From positions 1 to 64,000 of the forward strand of contig CAVUXE010000084.1 of assembly GCA_963745235.1 (NCBI GenBank): DNA of 64,000 nucleotides, in the 5' to 3' direction. A program made the position numbers and the translations under genes. The stretch comes from an uncultured Spirochaetota bacterium (GTDB lineage: Bacteria; Spirochaetota; Spirochaetia; SZUA-6; Fen-1364). Positions within the stretch are counted from its first letter, which is position 1, and each line of letters opens with the position of its first letter. The notes beneath the pieces were generated by a model. The model searched no databases, was not told the DNA's origin, and worked only from the letters and a program-made list of their open reading frames with translations. This document shows, in pieces, positions 50,409 through 60,595 of the stretch.

Positions 50409-51029
50409 TCACTCATCCAGTCCGGGGATCTGCACGTCCTCTCCGTTGTACCATTTGTCGAAGAGGTCCTTTGGGACCACCGCGACCTTTGCAAGCATCT
50501 TTGAATGCTCCTGCCCGCAGTACTGGGAGCACAAGAGGTCGAAGGTGCCGAGGTCCGTCGACTTGAACCACACCTTGTTGTGCATGCCCGGCACCACGTC
50601 CTGCTTGATCCTGAAATGCGGCACGAAGAACCCGTGAATGACGTCCAGGGACTCAGTTGTGAGGATCACGTTGACACCCTGGGGGACCACCAGGTCCCTG
50701 CTCTTCAGCCCGTTCTCATACTGGAAAAGCCACGACCACTGGCGGGCGATGACCGTCACCTGCATGCCGTCTTTCGGCGGGACCCTGAGGAACTGGAACC
50801 CCAGGTACGCGTAGAAGAACATCGGCAGAACGATGAGCGTTGCGCCGAGGATCCATGCCGCCTCCAGCAGGACGTTCCCCGAGATGTTGGCGGCATGCGG
50901 ACTGCGCGAACGACGGTAGCGCACCACGAAGAACACCATGAAGAAGATGATGAGGACAAAGAGCAGGGCGCAGAAGGCCAGGATGAAGATGAAGGGATCG
51001 TTGACCGCGGCCTTGGTGTCGGTGATCAT
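50409..51029 (-). CDS. coxB: Cytochrome c oxidase subunit II
   Basis: It has two TMs, ARQWSWLFQY, DVIHGF and the CuA motif CSQYCGQEHSKM. Confidence 0.95.
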   Translation of the reverse strand: MITDTKAAVNDPFIFILAFCALLFVLIIFFMVFFVVRYRRSRSPHAANISGNVLLEAAWILGATLIVLPMFFYAYLGFQFLRVPPKDGMQVTVIARQWSWLFQYENGLKSRDLVVPQGVNVILTTESLDVIHGFFVPHFRIKQDVVPGMHNKVWFKSTDLGTFDLLCSQYCGQEHSKMLAKVAVVPKDLFDKWYNGEDVQIPGLDE

Positions 51030-51041
51030 GCCTTTCTCCGC

Positions 51042-51305
51042 TTACCTGAAGAGCACGTCGGTGTAGGTGAGCCCGATGAAGATCGCCAGCGTGCAGATGG
51101 CGATGGGCACCAGGATCTTCAGGAGCAGCCGCTTTTCGAGCAGCAGGTGCATGAAGTACAGGAGCACGAGGGTCGACTTGATGGCGGCGATGGCCAGGAC
51201 GACCAGGATCCCGACCCGGCCGAAGTTGAGGCTGGCCGTCGTCACCGTGATGGCCGTGAGGACGACGAGGCCGGCCCAGATCAGGATGTAGCGCGGGTAT
51301 GTCAC
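51042..51305 (-). CDS. coxD: Cytochrome c oxidase subunit IV family
   Basis: It has three TMs, LAIAAIKSTLVLLYFMHL and a GTG start with an AGGAG RBS. Confidence 0.88.
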   Translation of the reverse strand: MTYPRYILIWAGLVVLTAITVTTASLNFGRVGILVVLAIAAIKSTLVLLYFMHLLLEKRLLLKILVPIAICTLAIFIGLTYTDVLFR

Positions 51306-51316
51306 AGGTTCTCTCC

Positions 51317-51943
51317 TCAGGAGATCAGGTAGAAAAGCGGGAACAGGAAGATCCAGATGATGTCCACGAGGTGCCAGTACAGGGCCCCGTTTTCCATGAT
51401 ATTGATTCGCTCCTGCGGTGACTTTCCCCCGCAGCACGAAGTTGAGCACGAACGAGAGCACGCCCATGCCGATGATGACGTGCAGCGCGTGCAGCCCCGT
51501 CATGGTGAAGTACAGGCCGAAGATAGAGGATCTCCCCGTGGGGCTGACTCTCCAGGAGCTCCGCCGCCGGGGTACAGCCCGTGCTCGAACTTCGCCGCCC
51601 ACTCGAACGCCTTCACCACGAGGAAGGTAAGCCCCAGGGCGATGGTGGCCGCCAGGAAGAAGGCGGCGCGCCTTGTGTTGCGCTTGATCTGCAGGGAGTA
51701 GATGGCCAGGACCGCCGTGAGGCTCGAGGTGAGGAGCACAGCGGTGTTCAGCGTGCCGTCGAACCTGCTGAGCTCAAGGGACGCCGCGTGGAAATCCACC
51801 GGATGCTTGGAGCGGTACACGGCGTACAGCAGGAACAGCCCGCCGAAGAGGAGGATCTCCGAGAGGAGGAACAGCCACATGCCGACCCTTGCCTTGACCC
51901 CCTCCCCGTGGACTTCAACGCTTGTGCTGTGACTGCTGCTCAT
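51317..51943 (-). CDS. coxC: Cytochrome c oxidase subunit III (three frameshifts near 51567, 51522 and 51412)
   Basis: [29 protein letters not shown] and [10 protein letters not shown] are spread over successive frames. Confidence 0.88.
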
Positions 51944-53612
51944 GAGATTCCTTCTTGCCGTGTCCGTCCCCTGTCCGTCGCCGTCTCCGTCCGTGAAGAC
52001 GTAGGGCCCGTGCGTGATCACCGGGGTTTCCTCGAAGCTGTTCTCCGCCGGGGGAGAGGGGATCTGCCATTCCAGGGTGGCGCCGCCCCAGGGATTGGCC
52101 TCCGCTTTCTTCCCGCGGAACAGACGCGTAGAGGAGGTTGCCGAACATCATGCCCAAGGCCGCCGACCATGATCCAGGAGCCCACGGTGGCGATGCGCTG
52201 CAGGTCGGTGAACTGCGGCAGGTAGGAGTAGTAGCGCCGCGGCATGCCCGCCCAGCCCAGGATGAGCAGCGTCATATAGAAGAGGTTGAAGCCGACGAAC
52301 AGCACGATGAAGGCCACCGTGGCGAACTTGTAGTCGTAGGTCTTGCCGAACATCTTGGGAAACCAGTAGTGCAGGGCGGCGAACAGCCCGAACCCCATGC
52401 CGCCGAAGATGATGTAGTGGAAGTGGCCGACGACGAAGTAGGTGTCGTGGGTGTGCACGTCGGTGGAGAGGGCGCCCAGGACAGCCCGGTGAGACCGCCG
52501 ATGGAGAACAGGGCGATGAACCCCAGCGCGTAGAGGAAGGGCGGGTCCATCTTGACCGAGCCCTTGTACATGGTGGCCACCCAGTTGAAGACCTTGATGG
52601 CGCTCGGCACGGCCACGAGGAAGGTGAGGAGGGAGAAGACGATGCTCGCCGTGTCGCTCTGGCCGCTCACGTACATGTGGTGGCCCCAGACCAGGGAGCC
52701 GACGCTCGCAATGGCGAGGCTGGAGAAGGCGATGGTCTTGTACCCGAAGATGTTCTTGCGGGAGAACACGGGGAAGAGGTCGGAGATGATCCCCATGGCG
52801 GGCAGGATCATGATGTAGACGGCAGGGTGCGAGTAGATCCAGAACAGGTGCTGGTAGAGGAGGGGATCACCGCCCTTTGTCGGGTCGAAGACGCCGATGC
52901 CGAAGATGCGCTCGACGAGGATGAGCACCATGGTGATGCCGATGACCGGGGTCGCCAGGACCTGGACCCACGCGGTGGAATAGATGCCCCAGATGGACAG
53001 GGGCAGGCGGAAGAAGGTCATCCCCGGGGCGCGCTCCATGTGGACCGTGGTGACGATGTTGATGCCCGTGAGGATGGAGGACATCCCCAGGAGGAACACC
53101 CCGAACACGGCAAAGGGGACGTTCACCGTCGTCCGCAGGCTGTAAGGAACGTAGAAGGTCCAGCCGGTGTCCGCGGGGCCCTTGCCGGTGAGAAGCGACA
53201 CCAGGAGGATGGCCGCTCCCAGGATGTACAGGTACCAGGAGAACAGGTTCAGGCGGGGGAATGCCATGTCCTTGCCGCCGATCAGGATAGGGAGGAAGAA
53301 GTTCCCGAAGATCGTCGGAATGGCCGGGATCACGACCAGGAACACCATGATCACCCCGTGCAGGGTGAAGATCTGGTTATACAGCCTTCCCGTAAGGAAC
53401 TTGCTGTCCGGTGAGAGCATCTGGATGCGCATCAGCACGCCGAGGATCACCGCGACGGTGAAGAAGCTGAGGACCGGAACCAGGTAGAGGGTGCCGATCC
53501 TCTTGTGGTTGGTCGACGTGAGGAAGCCGCGGAGCCCGGCCCGCTTTCCCTCATTGGTGTACCACGGGTAATTGCTGTGCGGATGTGCGGCTGCCCCGCC
53601 GTGCTCGTCCAT
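51940..53612 (-). CDS. coxA: Cytochrome c oxidase subunit I, A2 type (frameshifts near 52482, 52152 and 52124; end uncertain)
   Basis: It has [43 protein letters not shown] and [10 protein letters not shown]. Confidence 0.93.
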
Positions 53613-53630
53613 TCTGCTACGTCCTCCTGT

Positions 53631-54410
53631 CTACTTCCACCCCTGTCCCTGGATGTATTGATAGATGTCCCCGGCATCCCTGTCGCTCACCTGGTCCGCC
53701 GGGAACGCCGGCATCTGCCCGGCCGAGCCATTCGGCATGACGGGATTCCTTATGAAAGAGACAAAAGCGGCCTGGGTGGCCAGCTGCTTTGCCCCTTTCA
53801 ACGGCAGCTCGGGCACAACGACGTTTGCGCCGCCCGGATGACAGGCAGCGCAGTTTGCCGCAAACAGCCGCGGCCCCAGGCGCGCGCCGGACGGAGCTGC
53901 CGGTGCCGCGCCAGTGCCGGCCCCCGCGCCCGTTGCCGGGGCGGCCGGAGCTGCCGCTTCCGCGGCCGGCTGGGAGCCTGCCCAGTTGCCGTACACGAGC
54001 CGGGCCCCATACCATCCCAGGCCCACCACGCCAAGCACCGCCAGCGCCCAGATAACCATCATGGGAGCGTTCCTGACCTTCACCTCGGACCCGAGGATGA
54101 TTCCGGTCCCCAGGAGCAGCAGCACGCAGGTCGCCAGGATCATTTTCATCTTGATGGGTGGTATCAGCGCCCCCTTGAAGAAATGCAGCCAGTCTATCAC
54201 GCCGAGCAGGATGGTCGGAAAGACGAAGATGAAAGCCAGGATGGATACGTGGCGCGCCGTGAGGTACAGGTTCTTCTTCTTGAAAATGACCGCCACGTAA
54301 AAGAAGAGAGCCCCGCCAATGACGAGCCCGATGGGGATGTGCGTGACCGGCGCGTGCAGCGGGTCCGTGAAGCCGATCCTTGCCAGGAGCTGGTAAATCG
54401 CATCGATCAT
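53631..54410 (-). CDS. DUF2231-like membrane protein fused to a c6-like cytochrome c
   Basis: PLHAPVTHIPIG and four TMs are followed by an Ala-rich linker, CAACH and the axial-Met motif QMPAF. Confidence 0.85.
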   Translation of the reverse strand: MIDAIYQLLARIGFTDPLHAPVTHIPIGLVIGGALFFYVAVIFKKKNLYLTARHVSILAFIFVFPTILLGVIDWLHFFKGALIPPIKMKMILATCVLLLLGTGIILGSEVKVRNAPMMVIWALAVLGVVGLGWYGARLVYGNWAGSQPAAEAAAPAAPATGAGAGTGAAPAAPSGARLGPRLFAANCAACHPGGANVVVPELPLKGAKQLATQAAFVSFIRNPVMPNGSAGQMPAFPADQVSDRDAGDIYQYIQGQGWK

Positions 54411-55264
54411 GGGGTGCCTCCTCCTATGCCGGAAAAATCGACATCAGCCAGGCCTTTCGCGGCCGCCTGGCCGAAAATCTCCTTTGTCGCATGCGTTGCG
54501 GGAAGGGGCACGCCAAGCTCAAATGCGGCGTCGGACACGAGCTGGAGGTCCTTGTGCATCAGTCGGAGGGGGAACTCCGCGTCATAGCGCCCCGTGGCAA
54601 GCCTCTCGCGTTTTGCGGCCAGGAACGGGGCGGCCACTCCGCTTCCGACCAGCGCGTCCAGGAGCGCATCACGGCCGAAGCCCAGCGCCTCACCGAAGGC
54701 AAGCGCCTCGGAGAATGCCGCCATTGCGTTGCCCAGGAGCATGTTGTTCACCAGCTTCAGGGAGCAGCCCATGCCCGCGGCCCCCAGGTGCTTGATGGTT
54801 TTCCCCATCACCGAAAGCAGAGGCCTGCACCTCTCCAGGTCCTTCGCGTCTCCGCCGACCAGGATCGTCAGCTCGGCCTTCTCAGCCGCCGGGAGGGAGC
54901 CCACCACCGGGGCGTCGAGGAATGACACCCCCCGGGAAGCGGCTTCCCGCGCCATGCGACGCGCAGAGCCGGGCGTTACCGTGCTGCAGTCCACCCAGAG
55001 GGAACCCTTTGCCATGTGGTCAAGAAATCCATCGGCGCCGAGGGCAACGCCGGCCACGGCGTCGGGGCTGGTCAGCATGGTAAAGGCAACATCGCAACTC
55101 CGAGCCGCCTCAGCAGGCGTAGAGGCCAGCCTTGCGCCTTTCTGCACGAGTCCCTGGGCTTTCGCGGATGAACGGTTCCACACGGTCAGCTCGTGCCCGG
55201 CGCGCAGAAGGTTTGCAGCCATGCGGCTGCCCATGATCCCCAGACCCATGAATGCGATCTTCAT
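54407..55264 (-). CDS. NAD(P)-dependent beta-hydroxyacid dehydrogenase family
   Basis: It has GLGIMG, DAPVVGS, KLVNN and FPLRLMHKDL. Confidence 0.92.
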   Translation of the reverse strand: MKIAFMGLGIMGSRMAANLLRAGHELTVWNRSSAKAQGLVQKGARLASTPAEAARSCDVAFTMLTSPDAVAGVALGADGFLDHMAKGSLWVDCSTVTPGSARRMAREAASRGVSFLDAPVVGSLPAAEKAELTILVGGDAKDLERCRPLLSVMGKTIKHLGAAGMGCSLKLVNNMLLGNAMAAFSEALAFGEALGFGRDALLDALVGSGVAAPFLAAKRERLATGRYDAEFPLRLMHKDLQLVSDAAFELGVPLPATHATKEIFGQAAAKGLADVDFSGIGGGTP

Positions 55265-55956
55265 CTGCTCTTCTCCCAGGATTCGACCGCCCTGCGCAGC
55301 GCGGCCGCGGATGGCGGATCCGACGGCGAAGTCCCTTCCAACACATCGGAAGGTTTGTCGATTTCCTTTCCATAATATGCCGCGTTCGCGTCCAGGTCCA
55401 CGTCAAGGGAGACTCCCTCCAGGCTCACCCCCGCGAAGATTCCCCGCGTCCTGGCATAGCTGTAGATCTCCGCCCTCATGTCAGCGTCCGTGGATGCCGC
55501 CGCGGCCCTGCCAAGGGAGCCCGCCGCCAGGGACGCTCCGACCCCCATGGTGTAGCGGCCGCGCAGCACGGAGTCCACGCTCCCGCGCGTGCGGAAAAAC
55601 AGGATGATGTCCGCGGACTGAATGCCGACCTGCCAGCCGACGCTGGCCCCCGAAAGGGTGAGGAACAGCGGGCGGCTCCAGGTTCCCTCTCCCCGGCGGA
55701 CAATGAGCACTCCTTTTCCATGCTGGCCGCCTATCACGAAGCCGACCTTCTTGACATCCGGAAAGACGGCGAGAGCGTATGTCTTTTTCATGAGCTGTTG
55801 AACAGCATCCCGTTCGGGAACGTTCGTGATTGCGGTGAACACGTCCTGCGCATCCTCCACCTTGCGCGCCTGGGTCCGATCAGCGGCCACGGGTCCGGCG
55901 CCGAGCAAGAGGAGTGCGCAGATCGCCATCGGCGCAGAAGCGAATCGACGGACCAT
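55261..55956 (-). CDS. Lipid-binding SYLF (Ysc84) domain protein
   Basis: It has a signal peptide, KVGFVIGGQHGKG, GASVGWQVG and YSYARTRGIFAGVSLEG. Confidence 0.9.
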   Translation of the reverse strand: MVRRFASAPMAICALLLLGAGPVAADRTQARKVEDAQDVFTAITNVPERDAVQQLMKKTYALAVFPDVKKVGFVIGGQHGKGVLIVRRGEGTWSRPLFLTLSGASVGWQVGIQSADIILFFRTRGSVDSVLRGRYTMGVGASLAAGSLGRAAAASTDADMRAEIYSYARTRGIFAGVSLEGVSLDVDLDANAAYYGKEIDKPSDVLEGTSPSDPPSAAALRRAVESWEKSR

Positions 55957-56153
55957 GACCAGGTTCCTCCCGAAAGGACAACTGCCGCGGCCCGCACGGA
56001 GTGCCGTGCGAGCTGCCACCGTGTGGAACGACTTCCTGTCCATATAGTACTTTGCCGGTCCGCCCACCGCAAAGCAAGAAATTCTCGCGCCTGCCACGGG
56101 CGCGCATATCAACTCACCTCGCAGCGTACCGATAATGTCAGAAGGGGGACAGC

Positions 56154-58295
56154 GTGACAGTCTTCGGCAGGAGGTTCTCTCCTGCGATCCTCGTCTTTTC
56201 CGGCGTGTTGACGGTGCTCTGCGCCTCGACCCTCGTTTCACTGGTCCTTGCCGCTGCCGGCGCGCCAACTGCCCTCGGGGTCCCCGGGCGTTTTCTCCTT
56301 TCGAGCTTCTCCTGGGCTGCCTTCTTCGCGCCCCTGTACTTCCTGTGCGGGATACTTCTCCTTGGCGCCCCGGTCTTTCGACGCCGCTCGGCGCTGCTGC
56401 TCATGTTTTCCATCGTTCCCTTCCTCACCCTGAGCCTCATCCTGCGGGTCCTCCAGAGCCCTTCATCACTGATCCCGCAGCTCCTCGTGGATTCCTTCGG
56501 GGTGCTTCCCTCCGCGCTCCTGCTCTTCCTGCTCCTTGCCCTCGAGATGGTCTTCCTCCTGACCATGCCCTCGGGAAGGATTCGAGACATTCCCCGGAGC
56601 CCCCGGCCGCCGTCGAAAAAGCCGTTGGCGCTGCCATTGATCGCCGCGCCGCAGGCCGCACCCCTGCCGCCTTTGTCCCCGGAACCCGCATCGCTTGCGC
56701 CCCCGGAAGCCGTCCCGGTCGTCGAAGGCTTGGAGCCGGCCGCGGAAGCCATGGAGCCGAGGCGGCCTCCCCGGCGCGTTTCCGAGGAGCCGCGCAAGCG
56801 GCCTGCGGAGCCCGCCCTTGCCCCCGCCCCCGCGCGCGAGCAGGCCGAGCTTCCGTTCCCTCCCGAAAAAGGAGACAAAGCCGCATATGGCATCCCCGTG
56901 CACAACGTGTTGAAGAACAGGGACGGGGATCAGTACTGGATCATCGACGATGAAACGAAGCGAGCCGCGCGCATCCTCACCGAGTCCCTGCGGGAGTTCA
57001 ACATCGAGGCCGAGGTGACAGGGATCAGGAAAGGCCCGGTCATCACCCTTTTCGAAGTCCTTCCCGCGCCGGGGGTCCGCGTGTCGAAGATCGCGAACCT
57101 CGCGGACAACATTGCTCTTCGTCTGGCCGCCCCCAGCGTGCGCATCGTGGCCCCCATCCCCGGCCGGCACGCGGTCGGCATCGAGGTGCCGAACAGGGTC
57201 CGCGCAATCGTCTCCTTCAAGGAGATGATCTCACTCGATGTCATGCAGAAATCTCCCTACGAGATCCCTGTTGCCCTGGGCAAGGACATCCTGGGGGAGG
57301 CCCAGGTGATCGATCTGGTGCAGACGCCGCACCTCCTCATCGGCGGAGCCACCAACTCCGGCAAGAGCGTCCTGGTGAACTCCATCATCTGCTCCATCCT
57401 CTTTCGAAAGTCCCCCGACGAGGTGAGGCTTTTCCTGATCGACCCCAAGATCGTCGAGCTGAAGCTCTACAACGGCTGCCCTCATCTTCTGACCCCCGTG
57501 ATCACGGAGCCGAAGAAGGCGTTCCAGGCCCTGCAGTACTGCATCTCGGAGATGGAGAGGCGCTACACGCTGCTGGACGCCCTGGGCGTTCGCGATGTCC
57601 GGGCGTTCAACAAGAAGGCCAGGAAGGAGCGGGTACAGCGCCTGCCGTACATCGTCATCGTGGTCGATGAGTTCGCCGACCTCATGGCGACCACCGGGAA
57701 GGAGCTCGAGTCCACGCTGGCAAGGCTTGCCGCCATGGCGCGCGCCGTGGGGATCCACATGGTCCTGGCTACGCAGCGGCCTTCCATTGACGTCATCACC
57801 GGCCTGATCAAGGCGAACATCCCGTCGCGCATCGCTTTCATGGTGGCCAACAAGTTCGACTCCCGCATCATCATCGACGCGGTGGGCGCCGAGAAGCTCC
57901 TGGGCAAGGGCGACATGCTCTTTTCAGCGGCCTGGAACCCCTTTCCCACTCGCATCCAGGGCGCCTATATCGACGACGAGGAAACCGACTCCGTCACCGA
58001 GTACGTGAAGAAGATGGGGCCGCCGCAGTACATCGAGGATGAGGTCTTCTTCGATGACGAGGAAACGGGCGACTTCGAAGGGGAGCCGGGCAACGACCCG
58101 CTTTTCGAGCAGGCGCTCGGCATCGTGCTCGCCCAGGGCAAGGCATCCGCGTCCTACCTGCAGCGCAGGCTCAAGGTTGGATACAACCGGGCCGCCCGCC
58201 TGGTGGAGGAGATGGAAATGCGGGGCATTGTCGGGCCTGCGCAGGGCAGCAAGCCCCGGGAAATCATCCACGTGCCATCGAAAGGCGGCCAGTAG
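56154..58295 (+). CDS. ftsK: DNA translocase FtsK
   Basis: It has N-terminal TMs, APIPG..GIEVPN, PHLLIGGATNSGKS, VDEFADLM, LATQRPS and the gamma domain GYNRAARL. Confidence 0.96.
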   Translation: MTVFGRRFSPAILVFSGVLTVLCASTLVSLVLAAAGAPTALGVPGRFLLSSFSWAAFFAPLYFLCGILLLGAPVFRRRSALLLMFSIVPFLTLSLILRVLQSPSSLIPQLLVDSFGVLPSALLLFLLLALEMVFLLTMPSGRIRDIPRSPRPPSKKPLALPLIAAPQAAPLPPLSPEPASLAPPEAVPVVEGLEPAAEAMEPRRPPRRVSEEPRKRPAEPALAPAPAREQAELPFPPEKGDKAAYGIPVHNVLKNRDGDQYWIIDDETKRAARILTESLREFNIEAEVTGIRKGPVITLFEVLPAPGVRVSKIANLADNIALRLAAPSVRIVAPIPGRHAVGIEVPNRVRAIVSFKEMISLDVMQKSPYEIPVALGKDILGEAQVIDLVQTPHLLIGGATNSGKSVLVNSIICSILFRKSPDEVRLFLIDPKIVELKLYNGCPHLLTPVITEPKKAFQALQYCISEMERRYTLLDALGVRDVRAFNKKARKERVQRLPYIVIVVDEFADLMATTGKELESTLARLAAMARAVGIHMVLATQRPSIDVITGLIKANIPSRIAFMVANKFDSRIIIDAVGAEKLLGKGDMLFSAAWNPFPTRIQGAYIDDEETDSVTEYVKKMGPPQYIEDEVFFDDEETGDFEGEPGNDPLFEQALGIVLAQGKASASYLQRRLKVGYNRAARLVEEMEMRGIVGPAQGSKPREIIHVPSKGGQ

Positions 58296-58321
58296 CGGAC
58301 CGGGCGGGAGGCACGCAAAGC

Positions 58322-59491
58322 TTGGATTGGGCCGGCGAAAAAGTCCTGGTCATCGGGGGCTCCGGTTTCCTCGGCGCGAACCTGATTCGTTTCCTGGTCG
58401 GGGAAAAGTGCGTCCCCGCGAGGAACATCCGCTCATTCTCCGACAGGGCAAGTCGAGCCCTGAACGACCTCCCCGGGCTTGACGTGCGCAGCGGTGACAT
58501 CCTCGATCCAGCCGGCGTTGCCGAAGCCTGCAAAGGCCGCACGCTTGTGTTCCATGCGGCGGGGTCCACCACCTTTGACCCGCGGTCAAGGGAACGGCAG
58601 TGGTATGTGAACGTCGAGGGAACACGAAACGTCCTGGAGGCAGTCGCATCCTCTGCGTCCATCCGCCGACTCTGCTACACGAGCACCGTGAACGTTCTTG
58701 GCTGCCCGTGGCCGGAAGGCTCAATCGGAACAGAGAGCTGCGATCCCTACGCCAGCCGGCCGAAGCTGCACTCGTTTGCGAGCCCGGCCGAAGCGCTTGC
58801 CCTTGCGGACGCCGTCCACCACGGCGGTGCGCGGCGCCGATGGTGGAAGCGCCTCCGGATAGCGTACTTCGACTCCAAGCTGGCCGCGCAGGAGCTCGTC
58901 AACCGGGCCGCGCTGGAGCAGGGCCTGGACGTCGTCTCCGTGCTGCCCGGCACGTTCTTCGGTCCCTCCGACGAGTTTCCCGGCCCGAGGCTCTTTCTCA
59001 CGGGCGTGATGGAGAACAGGATCCCGGGTGTTCCGCGGGGAGGACTGCCCCTTGCTCACGTTCATGACGTGGCGCGTGGACACGTGTTGGCCGTGGAAAA
59101 AGGCAGACCAGGAGCCACGTATATCCTCGGCGGTCTCCAGGAAGACAACCGCCGCTACGCCGACATGATGCGAATCATCTCCGAGGTGGTCAGTGAGAAG
59201 GAGCCGGGGAGGAAGATCAGGCATCGCTTTCGGGAAATTCCGGCCTCGGGAGCATGGTTGGCCGCGGCCCTGGACGAGGCATGGGCGGGCATCGTTGGAC
59301 AACCGCCCGTCGTGACCAGGCAGGCGATTCGAGCCTCACGACGTGCCTTGTTCTATTCTTCAGCGCGGGCAGAGGGAGAGCTGGGCTACCGCGCGGCAAA
59401 GTCCTTTCGCGAGGCAGTGGGCGCGATGTACGACTCCCTGAGGCGGGCGGTGACAGATGAGGTCGCTCCTTTGCGCGGGGCCGCACCCTAG
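58322..59491 (+). CDS. NAD-dependent epimerase/dehydratase (dihydroflavonol reductase / HpnA-like)
   Basis: It has GGSGFLG, VNVEGTRNVL and YFDSK (YxxxK). Confidence 0.88.
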   Translation: MDWAGEKVLVIGGSGFLGANLIRFLVGEKCVPARNIRSFSDRASRALNDLPGLDVRSGDILDPAGVAEACKGRTLVFHAAGSTTFDPRSRERQWYVNVEGTRNVLEAVASSASIRRLCYTSTVNVLGCPWPEGSIGTESCDPYASRPKLHSFASPAEALALADAVHHGGARRRWWKRLRIAYFDSKLAAQELVNRAALEQGLDVVSVLPGTFFGPSDEFPGPRLFLTGVMENRIPGVPRGGLPLAHVHDVARGHVLAVEKGRPGATYILGGLQEDNRRYADMMRIISEVVSEKEPGRKIRHRFREIPASGAWLAAALDEAWAGIVGQPPVVTRQAIRASRRALFYSSARAEGELGYRAAKSFREAVGAMYDSLRRAVTDEVAPLRGAAP

Positions 59492-60194
59492 GGGGCGGCT
59501 ACCACCACCCTGTTGCGGCCCGTCCTCTTGGCTTCCAGGAGGGCCTGGTCTGCCGCGCGGATTGCCGCTTCGGGATCATCTCCGCGCTCCTCCGCGATGC
59601 CGATGCTGATGGTGACGCGGATCGAGCTTCCCGCAACATCGATTGCCGATTGCTCGATCACGGAGCGCAGCTTTTCCGCCGCGGCTGCCGCGCCGTTCGC
59701 GTCGGTCTCCGGGAGGAGGGCCAGGAACTCTTCCCCGCCCCACCGCACCTTGAGATCCTCGCTCCGCAGGGACGAGGCGAATGTCCGCGCCGTTTCCCGC
59801 AGGACCATGTCCCCGACATCGTGGCCGTACTGGTCGTTCACCGCTTTGAACCTGTCGATGTCTCCCATGAGGATGCACAGGGACCTTTCGTGCCGGCGGG
59901 AACGGGAGAGCTCCGGCCGTACCCTGTCGAAGAACGCGCGGCGGTTCATGAGCCCCGTGAGATAGTCCGTGCGAACCGCCTCGTCAAGGGCGGCGTTGAG
60001 CTCTTTGAGCCTCAGCTGGTACCCGTCGCTGATGTGCACGGTCTTCATGAAAGTCCGGATCACGTGGGCGTAGCGGTCGGCGAGCTCGCGATACTGCTCC
60101 AGGAGAGGGTTCCGGTGTACGCGGGATCCGCCAGCACCTCCCGGGTTCGCTCGAGGAACGGGTCCGGATCCTGGGAGTCCCGTCTGAAGCTCAC
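59488..60194 (-). CDS. siaD: SiaD-like diguanylate cyclase (frameshift near 60113)
   Basis: It has DYLTGLMNRR, the RxxD I-site (RSED) and GGEEF. The N-terminus LADP..NPL..HISDGYQ resembles SiaD, and the GTG start overlaps the siaC stop. Confidence 0.85.
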
Positions 60195-60595
60195 TGGCCC
60201 GGTCCTTCCAGCACGATCTCGAATGGCAGCGTGACATCCTCCCGGAACTCCTCTGCCGCCTCCCGCGCCCGGTCATTCTCTTTGTCGCAGAACCACGCCA
60301 CGCGCGCGGACCGCCCGCTCTTATGGGCGTTCTCCAGCAGGTCAAGGAGGTCGATCATGCACTTCGTGCTGCTCGTGTTGAGGTAGCTCAGGCGAAGCTC
60401 CAGGCAGAGCGGTGTTGAGCCTTCCCGCAGAAATTGCCGCGCCCACTCGATGATGGGGGCGAAGAAGTCGAAGGCGTTCTGCGGATAGGACTCCCCGGTC
60501 AGCTCCATGACGCCGCGGCTCGCGTCCAGCCGCACCGTAGGTGAGGAGATGCTGCCCGCAATGATCAGATCGTTCACCATCGGCGCTCCATTCAT
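60191..60595 (-). CDS. siaC: SiaC regulatory phosphoprotein (DUF1987)
   Basis: It has GESYPQNAFDFF, YLNTSS with the phospho-Thr site and AEEFREDVTLPF. Confidence 0.9.
   Translation of the reverse strand: MNGAPMVNDLIIAGSISSPTVRLDASRGVMELTGESYPQNAFDFFAPIIEWARQFLREGSTPLCLELRLSYLNTSSTKCMIDLLDLLENAHKSGRSARVAWFCDKENDRAREAAEEFREDVTLPFEIVLEGPGQ

Noticed and set aside
50494-50532. Gln instead of Glu in the CuA motif (CSQYC)
   Set aside because: That position ligates through the backbone carbonyl, and Gln occurs in functional oxidases such as Thermus ba3.
57344-57368. FtsK Walker A GATNSGKS identical to the MnmE G1 motif
   Set aside because: The codons differ and both fit GxxxxGKS, so this is coincidence rather than gene conversion.
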